Below are positions 17,679-26,511 of a stretch of DNA of 64,000 nt, in pieces. Positions within the stretch are counted from its first letter, which is position 1; the number at the start of each line of letters is the position of its first letter. Source of the stretch: an uncultured Myxococcales bacterium. Its GTDB lineage: Bacteria > Myxococcota > Myxococcia > Myxococcales > Myxococcaceae. Where the stretch lies: NCBI GenBank assembly GCA_937980205.1, contig CALJKW010000016.1, forward strand, positions 201,735 through 265,734. Reading direction: 5' to 3'. A program made the translations under genes and the position numbers. Under the pieces are notes generated by a model. It ran no database searches. It was not told the DNA's origin and saw only the letters and a program-made list of their open reading frames with translations.

Positions 17679-19288
17679 GACAGTTCCTTCGCAATCTGCT
17701 CCGCGATCCGCAACCCGTCGATGCCGCTCGACACGATGCCGCCCGCGTAGCCGCAGCCTTCTCCGCCGGGGTACAGCCCTTTGAGCGACACCGACTGCAG
17801 CGCGTCGTTGCGCGTCACCCGAATCGGAGCGCTCGTCCGGCTCTCGATGCCGATGAGGAAGCCCTCCTCCGACACGAAGCCGCGCATCTTTTTGTCGAAG
17901 CCCTTCAGCGCCGCCTTCAGCGACTGCGTGAGCCACGGTGGGAAGAGCCGATTCAGGTCGGCGTGCGCCAGCCCCGGGCGGTAGCTCGTGCCGCCCGGCT
18001 TCTTCTTCAGGCGCCCCGCCAGGTAGTCGGGGATCGACTGCGCCGGCGCGTAGAAGCGGCCGCCGCCGAGCTCGTACGCCTTGCCCTCCCAGTGCTGCTG
18101 GAAGCCGAGCCCCGCGAGCGGCCCGGTGAAGCCCTCGCGCGCGAAGTCGGCCACCGAGACGCTGACGACGATCCCCGCGTTCGCGTACTTCGCGTTGCGG
18201 CGCGAGTTGCTCATGCCGTTCGTGCACTGCAGGCCCTCTTCCGTCGGCGTCGGCACCACGATGCCGCCGGGGCACATGCAGAACGAGTAGACGCCGCGGA
18301 CCTCGCCCTGGACCTCGAGGTTGTCGGCGAGCTTGTAGTCGGCGGCGGGCAGCTTCGGGTTCTTCGCCACCTTCGCGCCGTACTGGATCTCGTTGATGAA
18401 CAGCTGCGGGTGCTCGGCGCGGAAGCCGATCGCGAACGGCTTCGCCTCGACGAAGACTCGGCCGTCGGCCGCGAACCGCTCGTACAGCTCACGCGCCGAG
18501 TTCCCCGGAGCGAGCACGACGCGGTCCGAGTCGATGGTCGCTCCGTCGGAGAGCTTCACGCCCGCCACCGCGCCGTCGGCGTAGAGCAGATCGTCCACGC
18601 GCGTCTCGAAGCGGACCTCGCACCCGCCGGCGATGAGCTCGTTGCGAAGCCGCTCGACCGCGAAGGGGAGCAGATCGCTGCCGATGTGCGGCTTGCCCTC
18701 GATGAGGATGCGGTCGGGCGCTCCGAACTTCGCGAAGGTCTCGATGACCTTCCGCACGAGCGGGTGGTTGATGCGCGTCGAGAGCTTGCCGTCGGTGTAC
18801 GCGCCGGCGCCGCCCTCTCCGAAGTTCATGTTGCTCTCGCGCATCAGCGAGCCGTCGCGCATGAGCTTCGCGACGTCCTTGCGCCGCTGGATCACCTCGC
18901 GGCCGCGCTCGACGAGGATGCTCTTCACGCCGCGCTCGAGCAGGCCCAGCGCGCAGAACAGGCCCGCGGGGCCCGTGCCGATGATGATGGGCGGCGCGCG
19001 CGGCTGCCGCTGCACGCGCTGGGGCGGAGGAGGCGGCGGCTCGGCGACCGACACGTCCGGCGGAAGCGTCGGCGTGGCGCCGGGCGCGACCTCGACCTCG
19101 AGCGTGTAGATGTACCGCGGCGAGTTCTTCTTCCGCGCGTCGAGCACCTGCCGCACCACCCGCACGCTCGAGAGATCGGTCTCGCGGACGTTCAGCTTCT
19201 CGGCGGCGCGCCTCCCCAAGAGCTCCTGCGGCTCGTCGAGCCAGAGTCCGATGTTGTTGAGTCGGTAAGCCACGTTGTGCTGGTGCAT
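17675..19288 (-). CDS. FAD-dependent dehydrogenase, COG2509-like family
   Basis: Dinucleotide-binding motif IIGTGPAGLFCALGLLERG, then GG/CPGG motifs (CMCPGGIVV, GEGCGYAGGIVSSGIDG) typical of this family. 537 aa. Confidence 0.75.
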   Translation of the reverse strand: MHQHNVAYRLNNIGLWLDEPQELLGRRAAEKLNVRETDLSSVRVVRQVLDARKKNSPRYIYTLEVEVAPGATPTLPPDVSVAEPPPPPPQRVQRQPRAPPIIIGTGPAGLFCALGLLERGVKSILVERGREVIQRRKDVAKLMRDGSLMRESNMNFGEGGAGAYTDGKLSTRINHPLVRKVIETFAKFGAPDRILIEGKPHIGSDLLPFAVERLRNELIAGGCEVRFETRVDDLLYADGAVAGVKLSDGATIDSDRVVLAPGNSARELYERFAADGRVFVEAKPFAIGFRAEHPQLFINEIQYGAKVAKNPKLPAADYKLADNLEVQGEVRGVYSFCMCPGGIVVPTPTEEGLQCTNGMSNSRRNAKYANAGIVVSVSVADFAREGFTGPLAGLGFQQHWEGKAYELGGGRFYAPAQSIPDYLAGRLKKKPGGTSYRPGLAHADLNRLFPPWLTQSLKAALKGFDKKMRGFVSEEGFLIGIESRTSAPIRVTRNDALQSVSLKGLYPGGEGCGYAGGIVSSGIDGLRIAEQIAKELS

Positions 19289-19439
19289 ATCGCCATTCGC
19301 ACCCGATCGCGTAAACCCTCGTGGTGCGAAGGGCTATTCGCACCCTTCGGAACGTAAGTGCCTGAAGTTCGATGTTACGCCCTGGTGGCGCGATCGGTGC
19401 ATCTGTCGGCGCGACTCTCATTGGGAGGCCGAACAGGTC

Positions 19440-19628
19440 ATGCACAAGGACAAGAAGGGCACGAAGATTCTCGCGCGCACTTTCTTTACCCAGCTTCGGA
19501 CTGGCGGCTACACTCCGAACCAGATTTTGGACATCGCGACCGAGCTCATCGATCTCGTGACCACCGATTTGAAGGAAGTGAAGGTCGTCGAAGCGGAACA
19601 GAAGGCCGAGTTCCGACAGACGGCTTAA
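19440..19628 (+). CDS. Small hypothetical protein (62 aa) with noticeably lower GC and different codon usage than the surroundings
   Basis: ATG preceded by GGGAGG at -10. A canonical rho-independent terminator follows about 100 bp downstream. Direct and inverted TTCGCACC repeats lie upstream. Confidence 0.5.
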   Translation: MHKDKKGTKILARTFFTQLRTGGYTPNQILDIATELIDLVTTDLKEVKVVEAEQKAEFRQTA

Positions 19629-19726
19629 CGGGTGTCGTTGCCCTCTAGGGGCGCTCAGCGTCGGGACCGGATTCCGGCTCTGGCGCCCCTGAGGGATGCA
19701 GTACGCAGCACCTGAAGCAGCACGTG

Positions 19727-19751
19727 ACCCGGCCCGGTGCCGGGTTTTTTA
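19727..19751 (+). terminator. Rho-independent terminator (CCCGGC-CCGGT-GCCGGG + TTTTTT)
   Basis: A 6-bp GC stem and 5-nt loop are followed by a run of six T at 19745-19750. It lies downstream of the 62-aa gene. Confidence 0.55.
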
Positions 19752-20408
19752 TTGCGGGCGCGTCTGCTGCGCGGCCCTCTCGTGCTGGCGCTTCCACGCC
19801 GCCGAGACGCACACCACCAACATCCCGAACGTCATCGCCGACAGCACGTAGCTCTCGGTCCATGTGCACGTGTAGCCGAGGAGGCAGAGGGCGACGAAGA
19901 ACATCAGCCCATCGAGCCAGAGCGGCTTCTTCTGCTCGTGCATGAGGGCGCCGCCGAGGAAGGTGATGGGGACGCCGACGAGCACCTGCCGCTCGATCAT
20001 GGCGCCGCTCGACATGATGGTGTCGGCGTTCTGCACGAGGATGAGCGCGAAGATGACCATCGAGCCGATCGCGAGCACGAGCACTCCGGCGGCGGCTGCG
20101 TCTTTGGCGTGGCGGGCGTTCTCGTGCTGCACGTCGGTGGCGAGGTCGACGAGCTGCTCGAGCGCCGAGTTGAGCACCTCGGCGAACAGCACCAGCAGCA
20201 CGCAGAAGATCATGGTGACCTTCTCGGCCAGCCCCAGGGGGATACCTGACCCCACCAGGCCCACCATGATCGCGGCGATCAGGTGCATTCGCATGTTGCG
20301 TTGGTGTACGGCGGTGTGGATGAGCCCGTCCCACGCGTACAGCACCGACTGGACGAACGTCGTCGGTGCCTTGCCTCGAAAGGGCGGCGGGGGCTTCTGG
20401 CTATCCAT
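19749..20408 (-). CDS. Diacylglycerol/undecaprenol kinase (DgkA) family membrane protein with an extra C-terminal transmembrane region
   Basis: The DgkA core VLLVLFAEVLNSALEQLVD...ENARHAKDAAAAGVL is present. The ATG at 20408 (MDSQK...) is preferred over the upstream ATG at 20456. Confidence 0.6.
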   Translation of the reverse strand: MDSQKPPPPFRGKAPTTFVQSVLYAWDGLIHTAVHQRNMRMHLIAAIMVGLVGSGIPLGLAEKVTMIFCVLLVLFAEVLNSALEQLVDLATDVQHENARHAKDAAAAGVLVLAIGSMVIFALILVQNADTIMSSGAMIERQVLVGVPITFLGGALMHEQKKPLWLDGLMFFVALCLLGYTCTWTESYVLSAMTFGMLVVCVSAAWKRQHERAAQQTRPQ

Positions 20409-20469
20409 CGGTGTTGACCGGATTTCTACCCCTTGGCCGTCCTTTAGTGGTGCCACTTCGCGGAGTTGA

Positions 20470-20955
20470 GTGACGCAGACCGTAGAGGCGGTCTATCGGC
20501 GGTTCTTCCCGGTGATCCGGGAGAAATGTCGTTCCATGCTCCGTGACGGCGACGAGGCGCAAGACGTGGCTCAGGAGACCTTCATACGCCTGTGGAAGTC
20601 GGGTCTCGACCTGAACGACGCGCGCCGCGTCTCGGCCTGGGTCTACCGCACGGCCACCCACCTCTCCGTCGACCGCATCCGCCGCAAGGCCATCGGCACC
20701 GAGGTGACCGGGGTCGAGGCCGACGTCGCCGGCGTCGGCACCGACGCGCGCATTCACAACCGGCAGCTCCTCGAGCGGCTCGCGGCGAAGATCCCTCCCG
20801 ACGAGCTCGAGGTCGCGATCCTCGACCGCGTCGACGGGCTCACCCAGCCCGAGAGCGCCGAGGTCCTCGGGGTCAGCGAGCGCACCGTGCGCCGCATGCT
20901 CACGCGCCTCGATGAGCGCCTCAAGGCGCTCGCCGCGGAGGTCCACCCGACGTGA
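20470..20955 (+). CDS. ECF-type RNA polymerase sigma-70 factor
   Basis: Region 2 (DVAQETFIRLW...AWVYRTATHLSVDRIRRK) and region 4 (LTQPESAEVLGVSERTVRRML). GTG start. Confidence 0.8.
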   Translation: MTQTVEAVYRRFFPVIREKCRSMLRDGDEAQDVAQETFIRLWKSGLDLNDARRVSAWVYRTATHLSVDRIRRKAIGTEVTGVEADVAGVGTDARIHNRQLLERLAAKIPPDELEVAILDRVDGLTQPESAEVLGVSERTVRRMLTRLDERLKALAAEVHPT

Positions 20956-21722
20956 GCGCACAGCACCCATCGCGGCTTCAGCTCGATCGCCTGGCGCTCG
21001 GCATCGCCGACGACGCCACGAAGGCGCACGCGGCCTCATGCGCGCAATGCGCTGCGCACCTGGGCGCGCTCGAGGTGCTCACGGGTGCGCCCGACTTCGT
21101 GCACCCGTCACGGCTCGCGCTCGACCGCATGGTCCTGGGCCTGGGGGATGACACCACCCGCGCCCACGCGCACAGCTGCGCGGCGTGCTCGGCGCACGTG
21201 GCGGCGGTCTCGGTCGAGCTGCCGCTGCCGAGCTGGGTGCGCGAGCTCGACGGCGTCCGGCCGAAGGCGTGGTGGCGGCCGGTCTTCGGCGTCGCGGCGA
21301 TGGTCGCTGCGGCGCTCATCGCGTTCGTCGCGATCCCCCAGCGCGGGGACTACATCGGCGACAAGGGTCCCGGCGCTCCGCAGGCCCAGGTCTGGGTGAA
21401 CCGCGGCGGCGCGGTCTCGGTGTGGGACGGCTCTCCGCTCGCGCCCGACGACGCGTTCCGCTTCGAGGTGAAGCCCGGCGGCTTCACGCACCTCACGGTG
21501 GTCGAGCTGCAAGGCGGCAAGCTGTACCGCGTGCTGCACTCGGCGCCCATCAGCGGCGATGGGCTTTCGCCGGCCTGGGCCGTCGACGCGGACGGGGCTC
21601 AGGAAGAGGTGGTGCTCTTGATGTCCAAGGCGCCGTTGAGCGAAGAAGCACTTCGCAGCGCCTTGGCCGGAGAAGGGGGCGTATGGTCGACCCGTTGGAA
21701 GTTCCCCAAAGAGGTCCAATGA
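20952..21722 (+). CDS. Anti-sigma factor with a duplicated zinc-finger (ZAS-like) motif, a transmembrane helix and a periplasmic domain
   Basis: GTGA overlap with the sigma-factor stop. It has two H..C..C..H motifs (HAASCAQCAAH and HAHSCAACSAH) and a transmembrane helix (VFGVAAMVAAALIAFVAI). Confidence 0.6.
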   Translation: MSAQHPSRLQLDRLALGIADDATKAHAASCAQCAAHLGALEVLTGAPDFVHPSRLALDRMVLGLGDDTTRAHAHSCAACSAHVAAVSVELPLPSWVRELDGVRPKAWWRPVFGVAAMVAAALIAFVAIPQRGDYIGDKGPGAPQAQVWVNRGGAVSVWDGSPLAPDDAFRFEVKPGGFTHLTVVELQGGKLYRVLHSAPISGDGLSPAWAVDADGAQEEVVLLMSKAPLSEEALRSALAGEGGVWSTRWKFPKEVQ

Positions 21723-23323
21723 CCCGGCTCGTCCTGCTGGCGGCACTCGTCGTCGCGTCCTGGGCCCTGCGGCCCGGCTCGGCGCTCGCGCAGGGCGCGT
21801 ACGATCGCGGCCCGCAGCGCTTCGCGGTCATCGTCGGCTCGAACGCGCCGGTCGCCGAGCGGCCCGGCCTGCGCTTCTCGCACAAGGACGCCCGCGCCTT
21901 CGCCCAGGTGCTGATGGACGTCGGCCGCTTCACGAAGCGCGACGTGGCGCTGCTGCTCGACCCGACCCCCGAGCAGGTGCTCGCCTCGCTCGACAGCGCG
22001 CTCGTGCAGGCGCGCGCCGGCGGCGGGAAGGCGATGCTCGTCTTCTACTACTCGGGCCACGCCGACGGAGCCTCGCTCTACCCGAACGGCGAGCCGCTGC
22101 CGCTGGCGGATCTCAAGTCCCGCCTGTCGAGCGACGTCATCGAGCTGCGCGTCGGCATCCTCGATGGCTGCAGCGGCGGCGGGTGGACGCAGGCGAAGGG
22201 CCTTCGCCCCGCCGAGCCGTTCGCCGTCGGTCTGCCGCAGCTCGAGAGCGAGGGCACCGTGCTGCTCGCCTCGAGCTCGGGCCTCGAGGACGCGCACGAA
22301 GCCGAGCTCCTGCAGGGCAGCTTCTTCACGCACCACCTCGTGGCGGGCCTGCGCGGCGCTGCGGACAAGAGCCGCGACGGCCAGGTGACGCTCGCCGAGG
22401 CGTTCTCTTACGCGAACGAGATGACGATTCGCGACACGGCACAGGTCGCGAAGACTCCGCAGCACCCGAGCTTCGACATGCGGCTGCGCGGCCGGCAGGA
22501 CGTGGTGCTCACCGCGCTCGCTTCGGCGGCCTCGTCGCTCACGCTGATTCAGGAGAAGGGCCCGCTGCAGGTGGTGCAGCTCGCCACCGGGCAGCTCATC
22601 GCCGAGTCGCAGGCGGGCGAGCGCACGATGACGCTCGCGGTGCCGGCGGGTGACTACGTGGTTCGCCGCGTCGATGACGACGGCGTGGTCTCGAAGAAGG
22701 TCACCGTCGAGCCGATGTCGAGCGACTCGATTCACGAGCAGGCGCTGCTGCCGTCCGATGCGGTCACGATCGCGGCGAAGGGCCTCACCGCGTACGCAGA
22801 GCTCCCGCCCGAGTACGACATCTCGGCGGCCGGCGGCTTCCGCGTCGGCGACGGCGAGAACCCGGGCGCGACCATCGAGGCGTGGTTCAACTGGCGCCTG
22901 TCGCGGAAGATCGGCTGGAGGCTGCTGCGCCTTCAGTACAACGTGCCGACCACGGCCACCTACGGCCAGCCGCTCTGGAACTCCTGGCAGCCGGCGCAGT
23001 TCTTCCGCGCCGGCAGCGATCTCAACTTCATGTTCTACCGCACCGAGCAGACCGCGAAGGGCTTCCGCTTCGAGGGCCAGTTCCTGGTGGGCCCGTCGGT
23101 GTTCGGCCTCGTGGCGCAGAACGGCTCGGGGCAGCGCGGCATCGGCGTCGGGCCGAGCTTCGAGGTCGCCGCCGACTTCCGGCTGCCGTACCTGCCCGAC
23201 GTGCACGTGCGCATGGCCGTCGGCACCGACGTCGCGTTCGCGATGATGCAGAACGTGAGCGGGCCGCAGTTCGGGCTGCGCGGCTCGGTCGCGCTCGGCT
23301 GGCGCTTCGGCTCGAAGGACTGA
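21719..23323 (+). CDS. Secreted caspase-family (peptidase C14) domain protein with a C-terminal beta-strand-rich domain, possibly a membrane beta-barrel
   Basis: ATGA overlap with the anti-sigma stop. It has a signal peptide, a caspase His/Cys dyad context (FYYSGHADG ... ILDGCSGGG), and a C-terminal half with alternating hydrophobic strands. Confidence 0.7.
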   Translation: MTRLVLLAALVVASWALRPGSALAQGAYDRGPQRFAVIVGSNAPVAERPGLRFSHKDARAFAQVLMDVGRFTKRDVALLLDPTPEQVLASLDSALVQARAGGGKAMLVFYYSGHADGASLYPNGEPLPLADLKSRLSSDVIELRVGILDGCSGGGWTQAKGLRPAEPFAVGLPQLESEGTVLLASSSGLEDAHEAELLQGSFFTHHLVAGLRGAADKSRDGQVTLAEAFSYANEMTIRDTAQVAKTPQHPSFDMRLRGRQDVVLTALASAASSLTLIQEKGPLQVVQLATGQLIAESQAGERTMTLAVPAGDYVVRRVDDDGVVSKKVTVEPMSSDSIHEQALLPSDAVTIAAKGLTAYAELPPEYDISAAGGFRVGDGENPGATIEAWFNWRLSRKIGWRLLRLQYNVPTTATYGQPLWNSWQPAQFFRAGSDLNFMFYRTEQTAKGFRFEGQFLVGPSVFGLVAQNGSGQRGIGVGPSFEVAADFRLPYLPDVHVRMAVGTDVAFAMMQNVSGPQFGLRGSVALGWRFGSKD

Positions 23324-23372
23324 GCCGGCGCCGCGAAAGGCGCGCGGTTTTCGGTGTAACCTCCGGCGGCCC

Positions 23373-24716
23373 GTGGCCAGCTCCAGCACGACCGCCTCCA
23401 CCGGCCCCGAGATCATCGGCCGCTACGTCGTCTACGAGGCGATCGCCTCGGGCGGGCAGGCCTCGGTGCACTACGGCCGGCTCTCCGGGGCCGAGGGGTT
23501 CGGCCGCACCGTCGCCGTGAAGCGGCTCAAGCTTCGCGACGATCAGGACGCCGACGTGGCAGTGAAGGCGCTGATCGACGAGGCCCGGCTCTCGTCGCGC
23601 ATCACCCACCCGAACGTCGTCCAGACGCTCGATCTGGTCGAGCACGAGGGCGAGCTGCTCGTCGTGATGGAGTACGTACACGGCGAGACCGTCTCGAAGC
23701 TGCTCAAGGCGGCCGCCGAGCGGCGCCAGGCGGTGCCCCCCGACATCGCCACGGCGATCGTCGCCGGCGCGCTGCGCGGGCTGGTCGCGGCGCACACCGC
23801 GAGCGACGAGCAGGGCGCCCGGCTCGCCATCATTCACCGCGACATCTCGCCGCAGAACATCATCGTCGACGTGCACGGCCACGCGCGCGTGCTCGACTTC
23901 GGGATCGCGAAGGCGCCGGGCCGCAGCCAGGACACGACCGAGACCGGGAGCATCAAGGGCAAGCCCGCGTACATGGCGCCGGAGCAGCTGCGCGGCAAGG
24001 TCACGGTGCGCGTCGACCTCTGGGCCACCGGCACGGTGCTCTGGGAGCTGCTCACCGGCAAGCGCCTCTTCAGCGGCAAGACCGACGAAGAGGTGATCAC
24101 GCGCGTGCTCACCGAGCCTGCGCCGGCGCCATCGACCGTCCGCGCTGAGGTCTCCGAGGCGCTCGACGCCGTCGTGCTCAAGGCGCTCGAGCCCGACGCC
24201 GAGCGGCGGTTCTCGACCGCGCAGGAGATGCTCGACGCGCTCGAGCGCCAGCCGACCGCTCCGCCGTCGCGCGTCGCCGCGTGGATGAAAGAGCTCGTCG
24301 GCCACCGGCTCGAGGCCTCGGCGAAGCGCGTGCGCGAGCTGCAGAGCTCGTCGATCGGCCCCGGCCGGCCGGCGCAGGCTTCGCCGCGCCCCTGGGGCTA
24401 CGCGCTCGGCGGGCTCGCCCTGCTCCTGCTCGCTGCCGCGGGCGGCATCGCGGCCAAGGCCGCGGCGACGCCGCCCGTCGAGAAGCCGCCCTTCATCGTG
24501 ATTCCCCAGCCGGAGCCGGCGGCTCCGGTGGCGGACGAGCCGCTGCCTCCCCCGCCGCCGCCGCCGCCGCCTCCTCCTCCTGCTCCTGCTCCTGCTCTGC
24601 GCCAGGAGGTCGAGCAGCCGAGCAGACCTCCGCCCAGGCGCCGCGCGAAGACGTGCACGACGAAGTCGTACTTCGACGACAAGGGGCACAAGCTCTATCG
24701 CGAGGAGTGCAGGTGA
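23373..24716 (+). CDS. Serine/threonine protein kinase, membrane-anchored, with a Pro-rich extracytoplasmic tail
   Basis: Hanks motifs VAVK, HRDISPQNIIVD, DFGIAK and YMAPE. A transmembrane helix is followed by a PPPPPPPPPPPAPAP tract. Confidence 0.8.
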   Translation: MASSSTTASTGPEIIGRYVVYEAIASGGQASVHYGRLSGAEGFGRTVAVKRLKLRDDQDADVAVKALIDEARLSSRITHPNVVQTLDLVEHEGELLVVMEYVHGETVSKLLKAAAERRQAVPPDIATAIVAGALRGLVAAHTASDEQGARLAIIHRDISPQNIIVDVHGHARVLDFGIAKAPGRSQDTTETGSIKGKPAYMAPEQLRGKVTVRVDLWATGTVLWELLTGKRLFSGKTDEEVITRVLTEPAPAPSTVRAEVSEALDAVVLKALEPDAERRFSTAQEMLDALERQPTAPPSRVAAWMKELVGHRLEASAKRVRELQSSSIGPGRPAQASPRPWGYALGGLALLLLAAAGGIAAKAAATPPVEKPPFIVIPQPEPAAPVADEPLPPPPPPPPPPPPAPAPALRQEVEQPSRPPPRRRAKTCTTKSYFDDKGHKLYREECR

Positions 24717-25729
24717 GGGGCCTGCCCTTCGCCGTGCTGCTCGCCGGCTGCTTCTCGAACGGTCTGCCCGACTTGAGCAGCGGCAACGACGCCGCCGCGT
24801 ACCCGTTGTTCGCCGACGACTTCGAGACCGAAGGCGCCTTCCCCGACGCGGGCGGGTGGTCGGTGTACGGCCAGCGCACGGGCAGCGCGCTGCGGCGCGG
24901 CGCTGACGGAGCCCACCGCGGGGCGTCGGGCCTGGTCTACGAGGCGACGGCGACCGGCACCGGCAACTCGGTCTGCTCGCACCTGGGCGCGCACCTCGCG
25001 CCCGACGCGGGGCTGCGCGAGGCCTCGGTGCGCGCCTGGAGCCGCATGCGCCAGACGAACCGCGGCGGCTACGCCATCACGATGTTCCTCGAGTCGGACA
25101 ACCTCACCGACCCGACGCAGGGCGGCCTCACCGGCGCTCCGCACCTCATCCACAACGCCGAGCACGCCGACGGGACCCAGTTCATCCGCAACACCATGCC
25201 GATCGACGCCGGCACCTGGCTGCTGATGGAGCTCTCGGTGCGCGAGTGCGACGCGAGCGGGCGCTGCCTCGCGTTGCTTCACGTCGACGGGCGCGAGCGG
25301 TCGCGGTGGGTCATCGAGCGGGGCACCTCGCGCATCACGGGCTTCGGGGTGGGCTCGGTGTTCTGCGGGCGGGAGTTCACCGGCGTCATCGACTTCGACG
25401 ACGTCCGCCTGGCCCGCGGCCCCCAGGCGAGCACGCTCGCCCTCTCGAGCGATGGAGGCGCCGTCGGCGCGTGCTCGCCCCTCCGCGTCGAGCTGCGCGA
25501 CTCGTTCGGGACGCCCGCCGATGCGCCCTACGACCTCGACGTCGACGTGTCGATCGACGGAGGCGAGGCGTTCGGCGACGACCGGTGCACGACGCCCGGG
25601 CGCGTGCGGCTGCTGAAGGGTGGTCGCGCGACCGGCGCGTGGTGGCGGCCGGCCCGTGCAGGAGCGTCTTGGGCCGGCGCGTCGCACGACGACTTCGTGT
25701 CGGCGCCGGCCACGCTCGTCGCGCAGTGA
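24713..25729 (+). CDS. Lipoprotein, hypothetical
   Basis: GTGA overlap with the kinase stop. Lipobox LLAGC. No known domain was recognised. Confidence 0.45.
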   Translation: MRGLPFAVLLAGCFSNGLPDLSSGNDAAAYPLFADDFETEGAFPDAGGWSVYGQRTGSALRRGADGAHRGASGLVYEATATGTGNSVCSHLGAHLAPDAGLREASVRAWSRMRQTNRGGYAITMFLESDNLTDPTQGGLTGAPHLIHNAEHADGTQFIRNTMPIDAGTWLLMELSVRECDASGRCLALLHVDGRERSRWVIERGTSRITGFGVGSVFCGREFTGVIDFDDVRLARGPQASTLALSSDGGAVGACSPLRVELRDSFGTPADAPYDLDVDVSIDGGEAFGDDRCTTPGRVRLLKGGRATGAWWRPARAGASWAGASHDDFVSAPATLVAQ

Positions 25730-25733
25730 GCGC

Positions 25734-26498
25734 TCACTGCGTCAGCGCCCAGACGACGCCCCACGCGACGGCCGCGGCGACCACCGCGAGCCCCGCCCAC
25801 AGCAGGACGTCGGCGACGACCAGCTGGCCTCGTGGCCCGTCGTCGACGCAGGTGCGCGTCTCGGCGCACGGGTTCGCCGCGAGCTGCGCGATTCGCGCGC
25901 GGCCTGAGGCGCCGAGGATGATCGAGCCCAGCGTGCTGCCGACGCCGACCGCGCCGAGGGCGACCGGCCCGACCCAGCCGAGGCCCGCGCCGCGCCTCGC
26001 GGCGGCCGGCGCGGGGGAGGGCGCCGCGACGCCGGGCGCGGGGCTCGTCGCCCGCGGCGTCACCACCACCGGCGCAGGCTCGGGCTCGAGGGCGAGGACG
26101 AGCTTCCGCGCCTTGTCGCGTTCGAGCGCGAGCACCTTCAGCGTGACCGAGCGCGCTCCGCGCCTCGCCACCAGCACGTGCGGCCCGGGGTCGACCGACA
26201 CCGCGGTGCCGATGAGCTGCAGCGGCGCGCCGTCGAGCTCGACCTCGGCGTCGGTCACGTCGGCGCCGTCGGCCTGCACGGCGATCAGCAGCGTCGGGAT
26301 GGCGTCTTCGAGCTCGCTGCGCCACCGGGCGCAGTCGTTGCGCACCACCTTGGGGCACGCCTCCTGCGCGCAGCTCACGAACTGCTTCGACGCCTCGAGC
26401 CACCTGCGCTCGTCCCGCAGCACCTGGCCCGCGTACGCGGTCGACGAGCACTGCTCCGTCGGGGTCGCCGCGACCGCTGCCAGAACCAGCCACGTCAT
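25734..26498 (-). CDS. Secreted/membrane hypothetical protein
   Basis: A signal peptide, Cys pairs and a C-terminal hydrophobic helix. It lies 13 bp downstream of the DUF1552 gene on the same strand. Confidence 0.4.
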   Translation of the reverse strand: MTWLVLAAVAATPTEQCSSTAYAGQVLRDERRWLEASKQFVSCAQEACPKVVRNDCARWRSELEDAIPTLLIAVQADGADVTDAEVELDGAPLQLIGTAVSVDPGPHVLVARRGARSVTLKVLALERDKARKLVLALEPEPAPVVVTPRATSPAPGVAAPSPAPAAARRGAGLGWVGPVALGAVGVGSTLGSIILGASGRARIAQLAANPCAETRTCVDDGPRGQLVVADVLLWAGLAVVAAAVAWGVVWALTQ

Positions 26499-26511
26499 CC
26501 GACCGGCGAGG

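Noticed and set aside
19645-20469. ORFs 19645..20334 (-), 19737..20249 (+) and 19942..20469 (+) around the DgkA-family gene
   Set aside because: They are shifted or antisense frames of the dgkA-like coding sequence. Only the 19749..20408 frame gives transmembrane helices and the DgkA signature.
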